From contig CBDFLE010000006.1 in assembly GCA_965248925.1 (NCBI GenBank), positions 608,001 through 672,000 on the forward strand: 64,000 nucleotides of DNA. The letters are read 5' to 3'. The stretch is from Candidatus Multivoradales bacterium (GTDB lineage: Bacteria; Acidobacteriota; Thermoanaerobaculia; Multivoradales; J023). The notes beneath the pieces are model-generated. The model was not told the origin of the DNA and made no database searches. It saw only the letters and a list, made by a program, of their open reading frames with translations. The translations under genes were made by a program, and so were the position numbers. Positions 19,900-31,886 of the stretch are shown one piece after another; positions within the stretch are counted from its first letter, which is position 1, and the number at the start of each line of letters is the position of its first letter.

Positions 19900-21486
19900 A
19901 TGAATCGCACGCAAGCAATCATCGCAATCTTAGCCCTGGCATTAACCTGTCCGTTGACGTCCTTTGCAACCACATTTCACATTACCGACTCTGCTGATGA
20001 CTTCACCCCCAACGGCAACTGCACCTTGCGAGAGGCAATCGTCGCGGCGAACCTCGATCGGATGGTCGATGAATGTCCACCGGGCTCTGCCGGAGATCTC
20101 ATCGAGTTGGACAACCAGATCTACACCCTCACGTTAGGAGGAGAAGACGATTTCGGAAAATATGGAGATCTCGACATCACCGAAGATCTCATCATCGAAG
20201 GCAATGGTGCCCTAATCACTATCGATCTAAATTCAGACTTTGTCGGCCAGCGAATATTCGAAATCTGGAATAATGTCGAGATCCACAACCTGGTGATTCG
20301 TGGGGCCTACGCAGCGCAGGAAGGAGCTGCGTTCGCGATCCGCCAATACGGCACCTTGAAACTGACGGACAGCCTGGTGCTCGACTGCCACAGTGATCAA
20401 GGCGGCGGAGCGGCCTACGTTGGTGTTGGTGCTGAGCTAACCTTGGGAAACGCTCGCTTTATTCGCAACTCCACCGGCCGCATAGGTGGCGCTTTGTGGA
20501 TCGACGGCGGCGAAGTCAGTGTTGTCTCCCAGGTGATTCTGGGTGGCAATAGAGCCGATGTCGAGGGTGGTGGCTTGTATATCAGCAGCGGCACGTTAAT
20601 GGGTAGCGGTCTGCGGATCCTGGCCAACCGCGCAGGAGACAGCGCTGGCTTCGTCTTCGAAGGAGCGACGGTAAACCTTGAGAATCTCAATCTCGCGTCG
20701 AACGAAGCAGAGTTCGCTTTCTCGATTGGCCGAATCTCGGCAAGTGATGTGCAGCTGAACCGGGCCGACCTCCGTGCCAATCGAACGGTCGACTTATCAA
20801 CGATACCTTGGGCGCTCCTCTTCTCCGAGCACTCTCAGGTGCGAATCGAAGATTCGAGGATCGCGGGCAACCAAGGAAGCATTCAAATAGACTACAACGC
20901 CTCGGTTACATTATCCAGATCTTCGATCACTGGCAATAAGATCGGAGGTAGCGCGGTCCGGGATGGAGCGGTGCTAGCCGTCGACGGGGCGGAACTCTTC
21001 CTCACCAACGTAACGGTAGCTGAGAACACCGCAATGCACGGCTCGGTCGAGCATGCGGTGAAGGGTGCCAGCCTGATCTCCAGCAGCACCCTACTCGGCG
21101 GGCATGTATCCGGGCGGATTCGTAACAGTATTATCGAGAGTTGTGAAACACTGGGGATCACTTCATTTGGCAACAACATAGTTCGCGGGCCGGGGTGCCA
21201 TGGGGCAGCCGCCTCTGATCTCACCGGAGTCAACCCACTCGCACCAGGTCTGCGCAACTTTAGTGGCCTAACCTCAGTTATGACCCTCGACCCAGGCAGC
21301 GTGGCGATCGATGGCGGCGATTCTGCCGGCTGCCTGGACGAGGCTGGTCAAGCGCTCGCTGTGGACCAAACCGGGCACCCGCGACACATCGGTCAGTCGG
21401 GCGCAGGCAGATGCGATATCGGGGCCTTCGAATTCGATCCTGATCGCCCGCCAGCAGGCGGCGGCAGCGGCCCGCCCCACATCTGA
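19900..21486 (+). CDS. Secreted CSLREA-domain, right-handed beta-helix protein with a choice-of-anchor Q-like C-terminus
   Basis: CTLREAIVAAN; GDLDI; repeated N-x-A/GGG units; C-terminal DQTGHPR..CDIGAFE. Confidence 0.85.
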   Translation: MNRTQAIIAILALALTCPLTSFATTFHITDSADDFTPNGNCTLREAIVAANLDRMVDECPPGSAGDLIELDNQIYTLTLGGEDDFGKYGDLDITEDLIIEGNGALITIDLNSDFVGQRIFEIWNNVEIHNLVIRGAYAAQEGAAFAIRQYGTLKLTDSLVLDCHSDQGGGAAYVGVGAELTLGNARFIRNSTGRIGGALWIDGGEVSVVSQVILGGNRADVEGGGLYISSGTLMGSGLRILANRAGDSAGFVFEGATVNLENLNLASNEAEFAFSIGRISASDVQLNRADLRANRTVDLSTIPWALLFSEHSQVRIEDSRIAGNQGSIQIDYNASVTLSRSSITGNKIGGSAVRDGAVLAVDGAELFLTNVTVAENTAMHGSVEHAVKGASLISSSTLLGGHVSGRIRNSIIESCETLGITSFGNNIVRGPGCHGAAASDLTGVNPLAPGLRNFSGLTSVMTLDPGSVAIDGGDSAGCLDEAGQALAVDQTGHPRHIGQSGAGRCDIGAFEFDPDRPPAGGGSGPPHI

Positions 21487-21496
21487 CCCTGGACTG

Positions 21497-24157
21497 CTAT
21501 TCACTTTCCAAGGCCGCTGCCTGCCCGGCGCGGCCAGTTTGCCGGTAGAGAGCCGCCAGGCGCGCCGTCGCCTCGCGGCTCTCTTGCGACTTGGGCCTGG
21601 AATTGAGCCCCTCTTGGCTGGCGCGCAAGAGCGACTCTGCTGCCACCAGCCGGCCTTGTTCCAACAATGCACCGCCGAGGACACTCTCGGCGCGCGAGAT
21701 CTGCCACCGCCGGTCACCCTCGGCCGCTCGCTCCAACGCTATCGCCTCGCGTATCAGCCTCTCTGCTACATCTGGCCGGCCGAGGTCGAGTTGCACATTG
21801 GCGAGATGGTAGAGGTTGGTTGCCAACAGCCCGGCAGCCCCTTCCTCAGCGCGAAAAATCAGTAGGGCTTGCTGTAACATCGCCTCCGCCTGGCGCGGCT
21901 CACCGAGTGCTCTCAGCACTACCGCCAGGCTGGTCAGGCTGCGGCCGATTTCCGGATGATCAGCGGAATAGACCCGGCGACGGATATCGAGGGACTCGCG
22001 GAAGAGGTCGCGAGCGCGCTCGATCTCCCCTTTGCGCCAGTGGGTGGAGGCCAGGCTGAAAAGCACCACCGCAATCTTCGGATGCGGCCGGTCGAACAAC
22101 TGACGCAGAATCGCCAACGCCTCCTCCTGCAACCGTTCGGCATCGGACAGGCGGCCCTCGGCGAGGTGCAGGTTGGCCAGATTGGACAGGATCCTCGCTT
22201 CGTCGAGCGGCCGCGAGCCCAAGTCGCGAAAGATCTCCAAAGCCTGCTGGTAGCTCAGTAGCGCTTCCTCTATCCGGCCCTGGCTTCGCAACGTGGTGGC
22301 CAACCGATCGTGGGTGGTGGCCACCTTTGGGTGAGAGCCTCCCAGCAGCGCACGGTAACTCGCCAGGTTATCCTGCAACAGCCTTTCAGCCTCTTGCACC
22401 CTGCCTTGATACCGACGCACCTGGGCCAGCTCGTCCAACACCGCCAGACACCGCGCATCGCCAGCTGCCAGCGGCTCGAGCAGACGCTTCGCTTCGGCCA
22501 ACGATTGCTCGGCAGCATCGACCTCGGCGAGCTGCAAGTCGATGGAAGCGGTCAAGACCAGGGCACCGGCCAACTCTGAGTGATCGCTGAGCTGGCGGGC
22601 AATGGCGCTGGCCGCCGCCGCGTGCTGACGCGCCTCGCCATAGAAGCCGAGAGCCCGATAGATCTCCGCCAGGGTTAGGTGAAAGCCCATCCCGGTGCGC
22701 GGCTCCACCGCCAGAGAACCAGCGAGCAATAGCCGACCTCCACGGTCGAGCATCTCGCGGACGGTCAGCTGCTCCTTGCCGGTGGCTCGATTGGAGGCCT
22801 CGAACAAGCTCTTCAGGAAGCCGCTCAGCTGCTCCGCACCCCGCTGCGCCTCAGCCGCCCGGTCCCGCTCGCGGACCACCTCCCCACGTTGCATCGCCAT
22901 CGCCAAGCCAAAGCCCAGAACGGCGAGGAACAAAGCCGCCCCCAGACCCACCGCCATGGCATTGCGGCGCAGAAACTTGCTCCAGCGATAGCCCAGCGAA
23001 TCGCCGCGCGCTCGCACCGGCAAGCCGCGGCAATGCAGGTCGAGGTCATCAGCTAGCTCGGCGGCTGATTCATAGCGTCGATAGGGCTCCTTGCGCAGCG
23101 CCTTGAGCACGATGGTGTCGAGATCACCGCGCAGAGCACGGCGCAAACGTGCCGGCTCGGTACCGCGGGCAGCGGCTAGCTGTTGCACGTCTACCGAGTC
23201 GCCTGAGGGCGACGCCGACCGGTCTACTACCGTGCTCGGCCGATCAGGCATTCGCCGACAGACCTGCTCGACGACCTCGGCCGGCGAGCAGCCTGCGAGA
23301 TTGTAAGGCGGCCGGCAGGCGAGCAGGCGGTAGAGCAACACGCCGAGAGAATAGACATCGGCGGCGGTGGAAATCGGCTGCCCCAGCATCTGCTCCGGGC
23401 AAGCGTACTCGGGAGTCATCAGCTGCATCACTTCCGAGGTCGGCACGAAAGACTTAGCCGACAACTCGGGGTTGAGCAGCTTGGCGATACCGAAGTCGAG
23501 CAGCTTCACCCTGCCCGTAGAATCGACGAGGATATTCGACGGTTTTAGATCGCGATGGACGACCAGATTCTGATGGGCAAAATGCACCGCCGCACAGACC
23601 CGCCGAAAGAGTTCCAAACGCTCTTCCAGACGCAGCTTGCGCGAGTCGCAGAAATGGTCGATCGGCTCACCTTCGATGAACTCCATCACCAGATAGGGCA
23701 AACCGTCCTCGGTGGTGCCGCCGTCGAGCAGCCGGGCGATATTTGGATGGTCGAGAGCCGCCAGAATCTGCCGTTCGGCCTGAAGGCGCTTGACCCAACC
23801 CTCCCCTTCGAGCCCACGCCGCAGCAACTTGATGGCAACCCGCTTTTGGAACTCCGCATCCGCCCGCAGCGCCAAGTACACCGCTCCCATGCCGCCATCA
23901 CCGAGGCGCCGCTGCAGGCGATAGGCACCCAAACGAGAGCCGAGCCGCGAGTCGGCCAATGACTCGGAAGCGGCAATCGGTGATTGCTCGAGGAAGTCCG
24001 CCGCTTTGCCGTGGGCGGTCAGCAGCGAAGCGACTTCGCGACCGAGTTCATCATCGGCCGCGCACGCTGCCGACAAATAGTCTTCGCGCTCCTCCGGCGA
24101 CCGCTCTAGGGCGGCACCGAAGATCTGCCGTGCGCGAGCATAGAACTCAGCTTTCAT
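21497..24157 (-). CDS. Membrane Ser/Thr (Hanks) protein kinase with C-terminal TPR repeats
   Basis: LGDGGMGAVY, VAIK, HRDLKPSN, DFG and TPEYACPE; one TM helix; TPR_12-like repeats. Confidence 0.95.
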   Translation of the reverse strand: MKAEFYARARQIFGAALERSPEEREDYLSAACAADDELGREVASLLTAHGKAADFLEQSPIAASESLADSRLGSRLGAYRLQRRLGDGGMGAVYLALRADAEFQKRVAIKLLRRGLEGEGWVKRLQAERQILAALDHPNIARLLDGGTTEDGLPYLVMEFIEGEPIDHFCDSRKLRLEERLELFRRVCAAVHFAHQNLVVHRDLKPSNILVDSTGRVKLLDFGIAKLLNPELSAKSFVPTSEVMQLMTPEYACPEQMLGQPISTAADVYSLGVLLYRLLACRPPYNLAGCSPAEVVEQVCRRMPDRPSTVVDRSASPSGDSVDVQQLAAARGTEPARLRRALRGDLDTIVLKALRKEPYRRYESAAELADDLDLHCRGLPVRARGDSLGYRWSKFLRRNAMAVGLGAALFLAVLGFGLAMAMQRGEVVRERDRAAEAQRGAEQLSGFLKSLFEASNRATGKEQLTVREMLDRGGRLLLAGSLAVEPRTGMGFHLTLAEIYRALGFYGEARQHAAAASAIARQLSDHSELAGALVLTASIDLQLAEVDAAEQSLAEAKRLLEPLAAGDARCLAVLDELAQVRRYQGRVQEAERLLQDNLASYRALLGGSHPKVATTHDRLATTLRSQGRIEEALLSYQQALEIFRDLGSRPLDEARILSNLANLHLAEGRLSDAERLQEEALAILRQLFDRPHPKIAVVLFSLASTHWRKGEIERARDLFRESLDIRRRVYSADHPEIGRSLTSLAVVLRALGEPRQAEAMLQQALLIFRAEEGAAGLLATNLYHLANVQLDLGRPDVAERLIREAIALERAAEGDRRWQISRAESVLGGALLEQGRLVAAESLLRASQEGLNSRPKSQESREATARLAALYRQTGRAGQAAALESE

Positions 24158-24197
24158 CGCGCACCTCGGCCCCCCCTAGGACGGTAGAAAAGTTCCT

Positions 24198-24770
24198 TCA
24201 GTCGGCAGCCATCTGCCGATAGAGCCATGCCTTGGCCATATTCCAATCAAGCTTCACGGTGGCCGGCGACACACCTAGGACCACTGCCGCATCGGCAATG
24301 GTGAGGCCGCCGAAATAGCGTAGCTCGACCACCTTGCTCTGCCGCGGCGCGAGCTTGTTCAGCGCCTCCAAGGCGTCGTCAAGCGCCACCAGATCAGTGC
24401 CGCGTTGGCTCACCCCGCCCAGGGCCTCGTCAAACACCACGGTCAGCGCCCCGGCACCGCGTTTGGCCGACAGCCGGCGGCGGGCGTGGTCGACCAGCAC
24501 CCGGCGCATTGCCTGGGCGGCGAGGCCGAAGAACTGCGCTCGGTTGCGCCAATCGACCCGATCTTGATCGACCAAACGCAGGAATGCCTCGTTGACCAAG
24601 GCGGTTGGCTGCAAGGTGTGCTCGGCCCGTTCGCGACGAAGCAAAGAGGCGGCGCGCCAGCGCAGCTCACCGTAGACGCTCTCGATCAGCGAGTCGAGCG
24701 CCATAGCATCACCGCGGCTCCAATCGAGCAACAACTGAGTGACATCGTGCGAATTCGCCGCGGTTTGCAT
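24198..24770 (-). CDS. ECF sigma-70 factor, kinase-associated ECF43-like (Rhodopirellula/Verrucomicrobium type)
   Basis: VTQLL..WSRGD, VYGELR, HTLQPTALV, RRVLVDHAR and VVELRYFGGLT. Confidence 0.93.
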   Translation of the reverse strand: MQTAANSHDVTQLLLDWSRGDAMALDSLIESVYGELRWRAASLLRRERAEHTLQPTALVNEAFLRLVDQDRVDWRNRAQFFGLAAQAMRRVLVDHARRRLSAKRGAGALTVVFDEALGGVSQRGTDLVALDDALEALNKLAPRQSKVVELRYFGGLTIADAAVVLGVSPATVKLDWNMAKAWLYRQMAAD

Positions 24771-24890
24771 GGGTTAGGGCGCAGCCTACCACCCCATTGG
24801 CAAACCGCGGCGCGATGGAATCCGCACCTGAGTCGCGGCTTGGGTACAATCGGTCTTCCGATCCCACGTACCCTCCGAGGAGAGATCTCG

Positions 24891-25679
24891 ATGACCGAAG
24901 ACACCCGCGACGTCGTGCTGCTCGAGCGCCAAGGCCGCGTAGCCCTCTTGACCGTCAATCGCCCCGACAAGCTCAACGCCCTCAACCAGGCGGTCCGCGA
25001 TCGCACCATCGAGCTGCTCGAAGAGGTCGAAGCCGACGACGACCTCGGCGTGGTGGTGGTCACCGGTGCGGGAGAGAAAGCCTTCATCGCCGGCGCCGAC
25101 ATCGGCGAATTCGCCGGCCGTTCGCCGATGGATCAGCGCCACGCCATGCGCTTCCCCCGCATCTACGACGTCATGGCGGGATTCTCCAAACCGGTGATCG
25201 CGATGATCGGCGGCTTCTGTCTCGGTGGCGGCTGCGAAGTAGCGATGTCCTGCGACATCCGCATCGCCTCGGCCAAAGCCCGTTTCGGCCAGCCCGAGAT
25301 CAAGCTCGGCCTGATCCCCGGCGGCGGCGGCACCCAACGCCTCCCACGGCTGGTGGGAGTAGGACAGGCGATGAAGCTGATCCTCACCGGCGACCTGATC
25401 GACGCCCAAGAAGCCCTGCGCATCGGCCTGGTAGACGAGGTTCACCCCGCCGAAGAGTTGCGCCAGAAGACCCTCGAGCTGGCCGACAAGATCGCCAGCA
25501 GGAGCCCGCTGACCACCCGCATCGCCAAAGAAGCGATCCACGCCAGCCAGCGCCTGCCGATCGACGAAGGCTCCCGCTATGAGCGCGAACTGTTCAGTCT
25601 GCTGTTCTCCAGCGAGGATAAGGCCGAAGGGGTCGATGCCTTCCTCAACAAACGCAAGGCGGAGTGGAAAGGACGCTGA
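24891..25679 (+). CDS. Enoyl-CoA hydratase/crotonase
   Basis: NRPDKLNALN, FIAGADI, GGGCE and FGQPEIKLGLIPGGGGTQRL; AGGAG RBS. Confidence 0.93.
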   Translation: MTEDTRDVVLLERQGRVALLTVNRPDKLNALNQAVRDRTIELLEEVEADDDLGVVVVTGAGEKAFIAGADIGEFAGRSPMDQRHAMRFPRIYDVMAGFSKPVIAMIGGFCLGGGCEVAMSCDIRIASAKARFGQPEIKLGLIPGGGGTQRLPRLVGVGQAMKLILTGDLIDAQEALRIGLVDEVHPAEELRQKTLELADKIASRSPLTTRIAKEAIHASQRLPIDEGSRYERELFSLLFSSEDKAEGVDAFLNKRKAEWKGR

Positions 25680-25752
25680 AGCTGGTCTAGTCAGTATCGG
25701 CTGTAGAAGCGTTCTAGGCGGCCCGGCGCTATACTCACCTGAAGAGAGAGCT

Positions 25753-27039
25753 ATGTACATCCTCGACGCAACAATCCAGAACCTGCGCTCGATCCGACGG
25801 CTGCACTGGCAGATACCGAGGGCGAGGGCGGCCGGCTGGCACGTCGTGTTGGGACCCAATGGCTCTGGCAAGAGCTCATTTCTACAAGGACTGGCGCTGG
25901 GAATCGTTGGTCAGGATGGGAAGCAGATGGCGGCGCTTCCCTCGGACCCATGGGAGTGGATTCGTTTCGGCGAGCAGCAGCTTTCGACGCAGCTTCAACT
26001 CCACTTCGACGATCAATGGGACGCGGTATCGGGCTCCCACAAAGAGCTGACGGTCGGCTTCGAGGTTAGTCGAAACAAGACGCGAAGGTTCCCAGATAGC
26101 AGTTCTGTTTGGCATGCTCCAAGTGGGCCTGCCGAAGAGCCGTTCTCAGACGCCAAGGGCTGTTTCAGCGCATCGTTCGGCCCGATCCGGCGCTTTACTG
26201 GCAGCCGGCGAGAGCAGGAGAAAGGCGCCGCCAGGCACTCGTTGTTGGCGCCTCACCTACCGATCTTCGACAACAGCTACGTATCCGGAGAATCTGTCGA
26301 GTGGTTGCAATACCTTCGCCTGCGCCAACTTGAGGATCCAGGGAATGGCTCGCTCCTCAGTGATCTGGTGCGATTCGTCAACCAACCCGATCTACTGCCA
26401 TTCGCAACTCGCCTCGAGGAAGTGAATTCCGACGGAGTCCTCTTCATCGATGGTCAGCAAAACCGGGTCGAGATGGACGACCTCAGCGATGGATACCGCT
26501 CTATTCTCAGTCTGACCCTCGAGCTGGTCCGGCTGCTAGCTCGCATCTTCGACGAGAAGAAGATCTTCTCTAAGGGTGATCCAATTCAGGCATTCCCGCC
26601 CGGCGTCGTATTGATCGACGAGATCGACGCCCACCTGCACCCCAGCTGGCAGCGAGAAATTGGTTTCTCCCTACGCCGGCTATTTCCAAATCTGCAATTC
26701 ATCGTCACCACCCACAGCCCGCTGATCTGCCATGCGGCGGTCGACGGCAGTGTCTTCGTACTTCCCGAGCCGGGCAACGAAGAAAGTGGTGAGATGCTTG
26801 ACGGAGTGGCACTCGATCGGCTGCTCTACGGCGATATCTTGGAAGCCTACGCCTCCGGTGCCTTTGGCCTCAGCGGCGCCCGACCCGAGAATGCGCAGCA
26901 GCAACTTGACCGGCTCGCCAAGCTCAACTTGCAAGAGCTCGACCAGGGACTCGCCCCGGCTGAACGCGATGAACGGGATGCGCTTAGGGCCAAGTTTCCC
27001 AACGCGGCGCATCCCTTGGCCCATGCTTCAAATACCTGA
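25753..27039 (+). CDS. ABC/AAA_21-type ATPase (PtuA/Septu-like)
   Basis: Walker A GPNGSGKS; signature LSDGY; Walker B VVLIDEIDAHLHPSWQ; H-loop TTHSP. Confidence 0.88.
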   Translation: MYILDATIQNLRSIRRLHWQIPRARAAGWHVVLGPNGSGKSSFLQGLALGIVGQDGKQMAALPSDPWEWIRFGEQQLSTQLQLHFDDQWDAVSGSHKELTVGFEVSRNKTRRFPDSSSVWHAPSGPAEEPFSDAKGCFSASFGPIRRFTGSRREQEKGAARHSLLAPHLPIFDNSYVSGESVEWLQYLRLRQLEDPGNGSLLSDLVRFVNQPDLLPFATRLEEVNSDGVLFIDGQQNRVEMDDLSDGYRSILSLTLELVRLLARIFDEKKIFSKGDPIQAFPPGVVLIDEIDAHLHPSWQREIGFSLRRLFPNLQFIVTTHSPLICHAAVDGSVFVLPEPGNEESGEMLDGVALDRLLYGDILEAYASGAFGLSGARPENAQQQLDRLAKLNLQELDQGLAPAERDERDALRAKFPNAAHPLAHASNT

Positions 27040-27832
27040 CCGCGACCTGTCAGTACCGGCAGCAGCCAAGCTACGGGACTACCAGGCCGACATCGACAAC
27101 CTGGACCAGTATTCGGCCAGGGTCCGCGAAGCCAAGAAGAGATTCAAGAGCCGCAATCGCGAGACCAACAAGACTTTCCGGGAGGTCCGAAAGACCCTCA
27201 GAGACATGTGTGGCGGGGTGTTGCGCTGCATGTACTGCGAGGACTCCTTGGCAGACCAGGTTGAGCACTTCAGGCCCAAGGCCCTCTATCCAGATGCGGT
27301 GTTCAGGTGGTCAAACTATCTGCTCATCTGCGGTCTTTGCAACCGCCTGAAAAGCAGCCGATTCTTGGTCTTGGAACCTGATTCCGGGCAGGTCTTGCAG
27401 ATCAGTCGCAGGCAATCAGAGCCCGTCACCCCGCCGCCGAACGGAAGAGCCGCATTAGTCTCTCCCCGCCGCGAGAATCCACTGGATCTCTTGCAGCTCG
27501 ACCTGATTGGTACCTTTCGTTTCCTACCTCGACTTGACTTGTCTTCAGTCGACCAGGAGCGAGCCGCGAAATCGATCGAGATCCTGGGTCTGAACCGACG
27601 CGATAATCTTCCAAGAGCCCGCCGTGACCAGTTCCAGGCCTACCTGGCTCTGCTGCATCGATACGGCGAGAAGATGCGAGCCGACGCGACGCCCGCAGCG
27701 CTGCTCCGCGTCAAGGAAGCCATTCTCAGCTTGCCGCATCCGACGGTGTGGGCAGAGATCAAGCGGCAGAAAGCGCATCTGCCGGAGATCGACGACCTGT
27801 TCAGTGAGATTCCCGAGGCCCTGGGATGGTGA
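27023..27832 (+). CDS. HNH endonuclease (PtuB/Septu-like)
   Basis: CMYCE..VEHFRPK..WSNYLLICGLCNRLK; start overlaps the ATPase 3' end. Confidence 0.88.
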   Translation: MLQIPDRDLSVPAAAKLRDYQADIDNLDQYSARVREAKKRFKSRNRETNKTFREVRKTLRDMCGGVLRCMYCEDSLADQVEHFRPKALYPDAVFRWSNYLLICGLCNRLKSSRFLVLEPDSGQVLQISRRQSEPVTPPPNGRAALVSPRRENPLDLLQLDLIGTFRFLPRLDLSSVDQERAAKSIEILGLNRRDNLPRARRDQFQAYLALLHRYGEKMRADATPAALLRVKEAILSLPHPTVWAEIKRQKAHLPEIDDLFSEIPEALGW

Positions 27833-28397
27833 GCGACTCCGAGAACCACCTCACCGAGCTGCTCGGGAGGTGGAGCGCGGGTGACCCGGCGGCACTCGAG
27901 GAGATGCTGCCGCTGGTCTACGACGAGCTGCGCCGCCTGGCCCGGCGGCATATGCGTCGGGAACGCTCGGCACACACCTTGCAGCCGACCGCGCTGGTGC
28001 ATGAGGTCTACTTGAAGCTGCTCGGCCAGCGCCGTGCCGAGTGGCAGGGGCGCACTCAGTTCTTCGCCATCGCCGCCCGCGTGATGCGGCGGGTGCTGGT
28101 CGATCACGCGCGCTCACGCAATTACCAGAAACGCGGCGGCGGCGCCCAGCGAGTGACCCTGGCCGACGATGCTATCCGCGCCGAGGCCCCGGCGGTGGAT
28201 CTGCTCGATCTCGACACCGCCCTCTCACGGCTGGCCGAATTCGATCCGCGCAAAGCGAAGGTGGTGGAGCTGCGGGTGTTCGGCGGCCTGACCATCGACG
28301 AGACCGCCAGCTCACTCGAGGTCGCCACCGGCACGGTGATCAACGACTACGCGGTCGCTCGCGCCTGGCTCTATCGCCAGCTCGGGGGCACCAGCGG

Positions 28398-28401
<4 letters not shown>
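27826..28401 (+). CDS. ECF sigma-70 factor, ECF43-like
   Basis: LTELL..WSAGD, VYDELRRLA, HTLQPTALVHE and VVELRVFGGLT; start overlaps the HNH stop. Confidence 0.93.
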
Positions 28402-31073
<2,672 letters not shown>

Positions 31074-31089
31074 GTGCCAAGGCCGCACC

Positions 31090-31722
31090 TCAGCCACTCG
31101 GCGGACACAATCCAGCAAGCTCACAGATCATATCCACATCCAGAGAGTCGACGCTGCCATCGTGATTGACATCTGAGCTGCAATCAGTGCCATTGGCTCG
31201 TACCACCACGAGTAGATCTGTGGGATCGAGACCACCACTCTCATCGATGTCGGCCATGGGGTGGTAGTCCGGATCTCCAAACCAGGCCATCTCCGCCAGG
31301 TGCTGATCGATGCCGGCAACGCGACCGTTGTGGTCGAGGTCGATGCGACATTGCAGACCCAGGTCAGCGGTGACCTGGTCGAGATCCTGCACATCGACCC
31401 CACCATCATCATTGAGGTCACCCTTGACTCCGCAATCGCCCCAGTTGCCGAGCAAGATGAGAAGATCGCCACGACCGACGAATCCGTTCTCATTGAAGTC
31501 CGCCTGGCAGCCGCCGCAAGCACCAAAACGTGCCACCAGGACGCCGACATCGTCGTAGTCCACCTGATGATCGCCGGTCAAATCCTTGCACCAGATCTCC
31601 TCCTCGATGGTGTCCAGGCCAGCCCACAGTGGTGTAGCGAGCACCAGTGGCATGGCGAACAGCAGGGGTGTGGCGAGCAACACGAGGACTTCCAGCGCGG
31701 TCGGGAGCTCCCGTCTGGTCAT
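31090..31722 (-). CDS. Secreted protein made of six dockerin/EF-hand-like Ca-binding loops
   Basis: Signal peptide followed by DLTGDHQVDYDD, DFNENGFVGRGD, DLNDDGGVDVQD, DLDHNGRVAGID, DIDESGGLDPTD and DVNHDGSVDSLD. Confidence 0.8.
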   Translation of the reverse strand: MTRRELPTALEVLVLLATPLLFAMPLVLATPLWAGLDTIEEEIWCKDLTGDHQVDYDDVGVLVARFGACGGCQADFNENGFVGRGDLLILLGNWGDCGVKGDLNDDGGVDVQDLDQVTADLGLQCRIDLDHNGRVAGIDQHLAEMAWFGDPDYHPMADIDESGGLDPTDLLVVVRANGTDCSSDVNHDGSVDSLDVDMICELAGLCPPSG

Positions 31723-31779
31723 CGTTCTCCTCCTTTCCTAGGGTTATCTTCCGAGCGTAAAGGGTACGCCCTTTCCTGA

Positions 31780-31809
31780 AGACGCGACAAACCTCGGCGG
31801 ACTCACCAG
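31780..31809 (-). promoter_or_regulatory. Bipartite motif CTGGTGAGTC-N8-TTTGTCGCGTCT upstream of the dockerin-loop gene (candidate ECF promoter)
   Basis: Repeated with identical spacing at 33615-33644 upstream of the neighbouring gene. Confidence 0.6.
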
Positions 31810-31886
31810 CGGGCCTGCAAGAAAGTTGGGCAAAGAGAGCGCCGGCTCCCGACGGCACTCACCCCACCCCGAACCTGACCCCTCGC

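Noticed and set aside
24786-25871. Long antisense ORFs (for example 24786-25871, 5593-6546, 54972-55844, 63064-63972)
   Set aside because: They are shadow ORFs opposite well-supported genes, common in GC-rich DNA.
25680-27832. Retron (Ec78-like) system
   Set aside because: No reverse transcriptase ORF is present and only about 70 nt lie upstream of the ATPase, with no msr-msd structure recognised.
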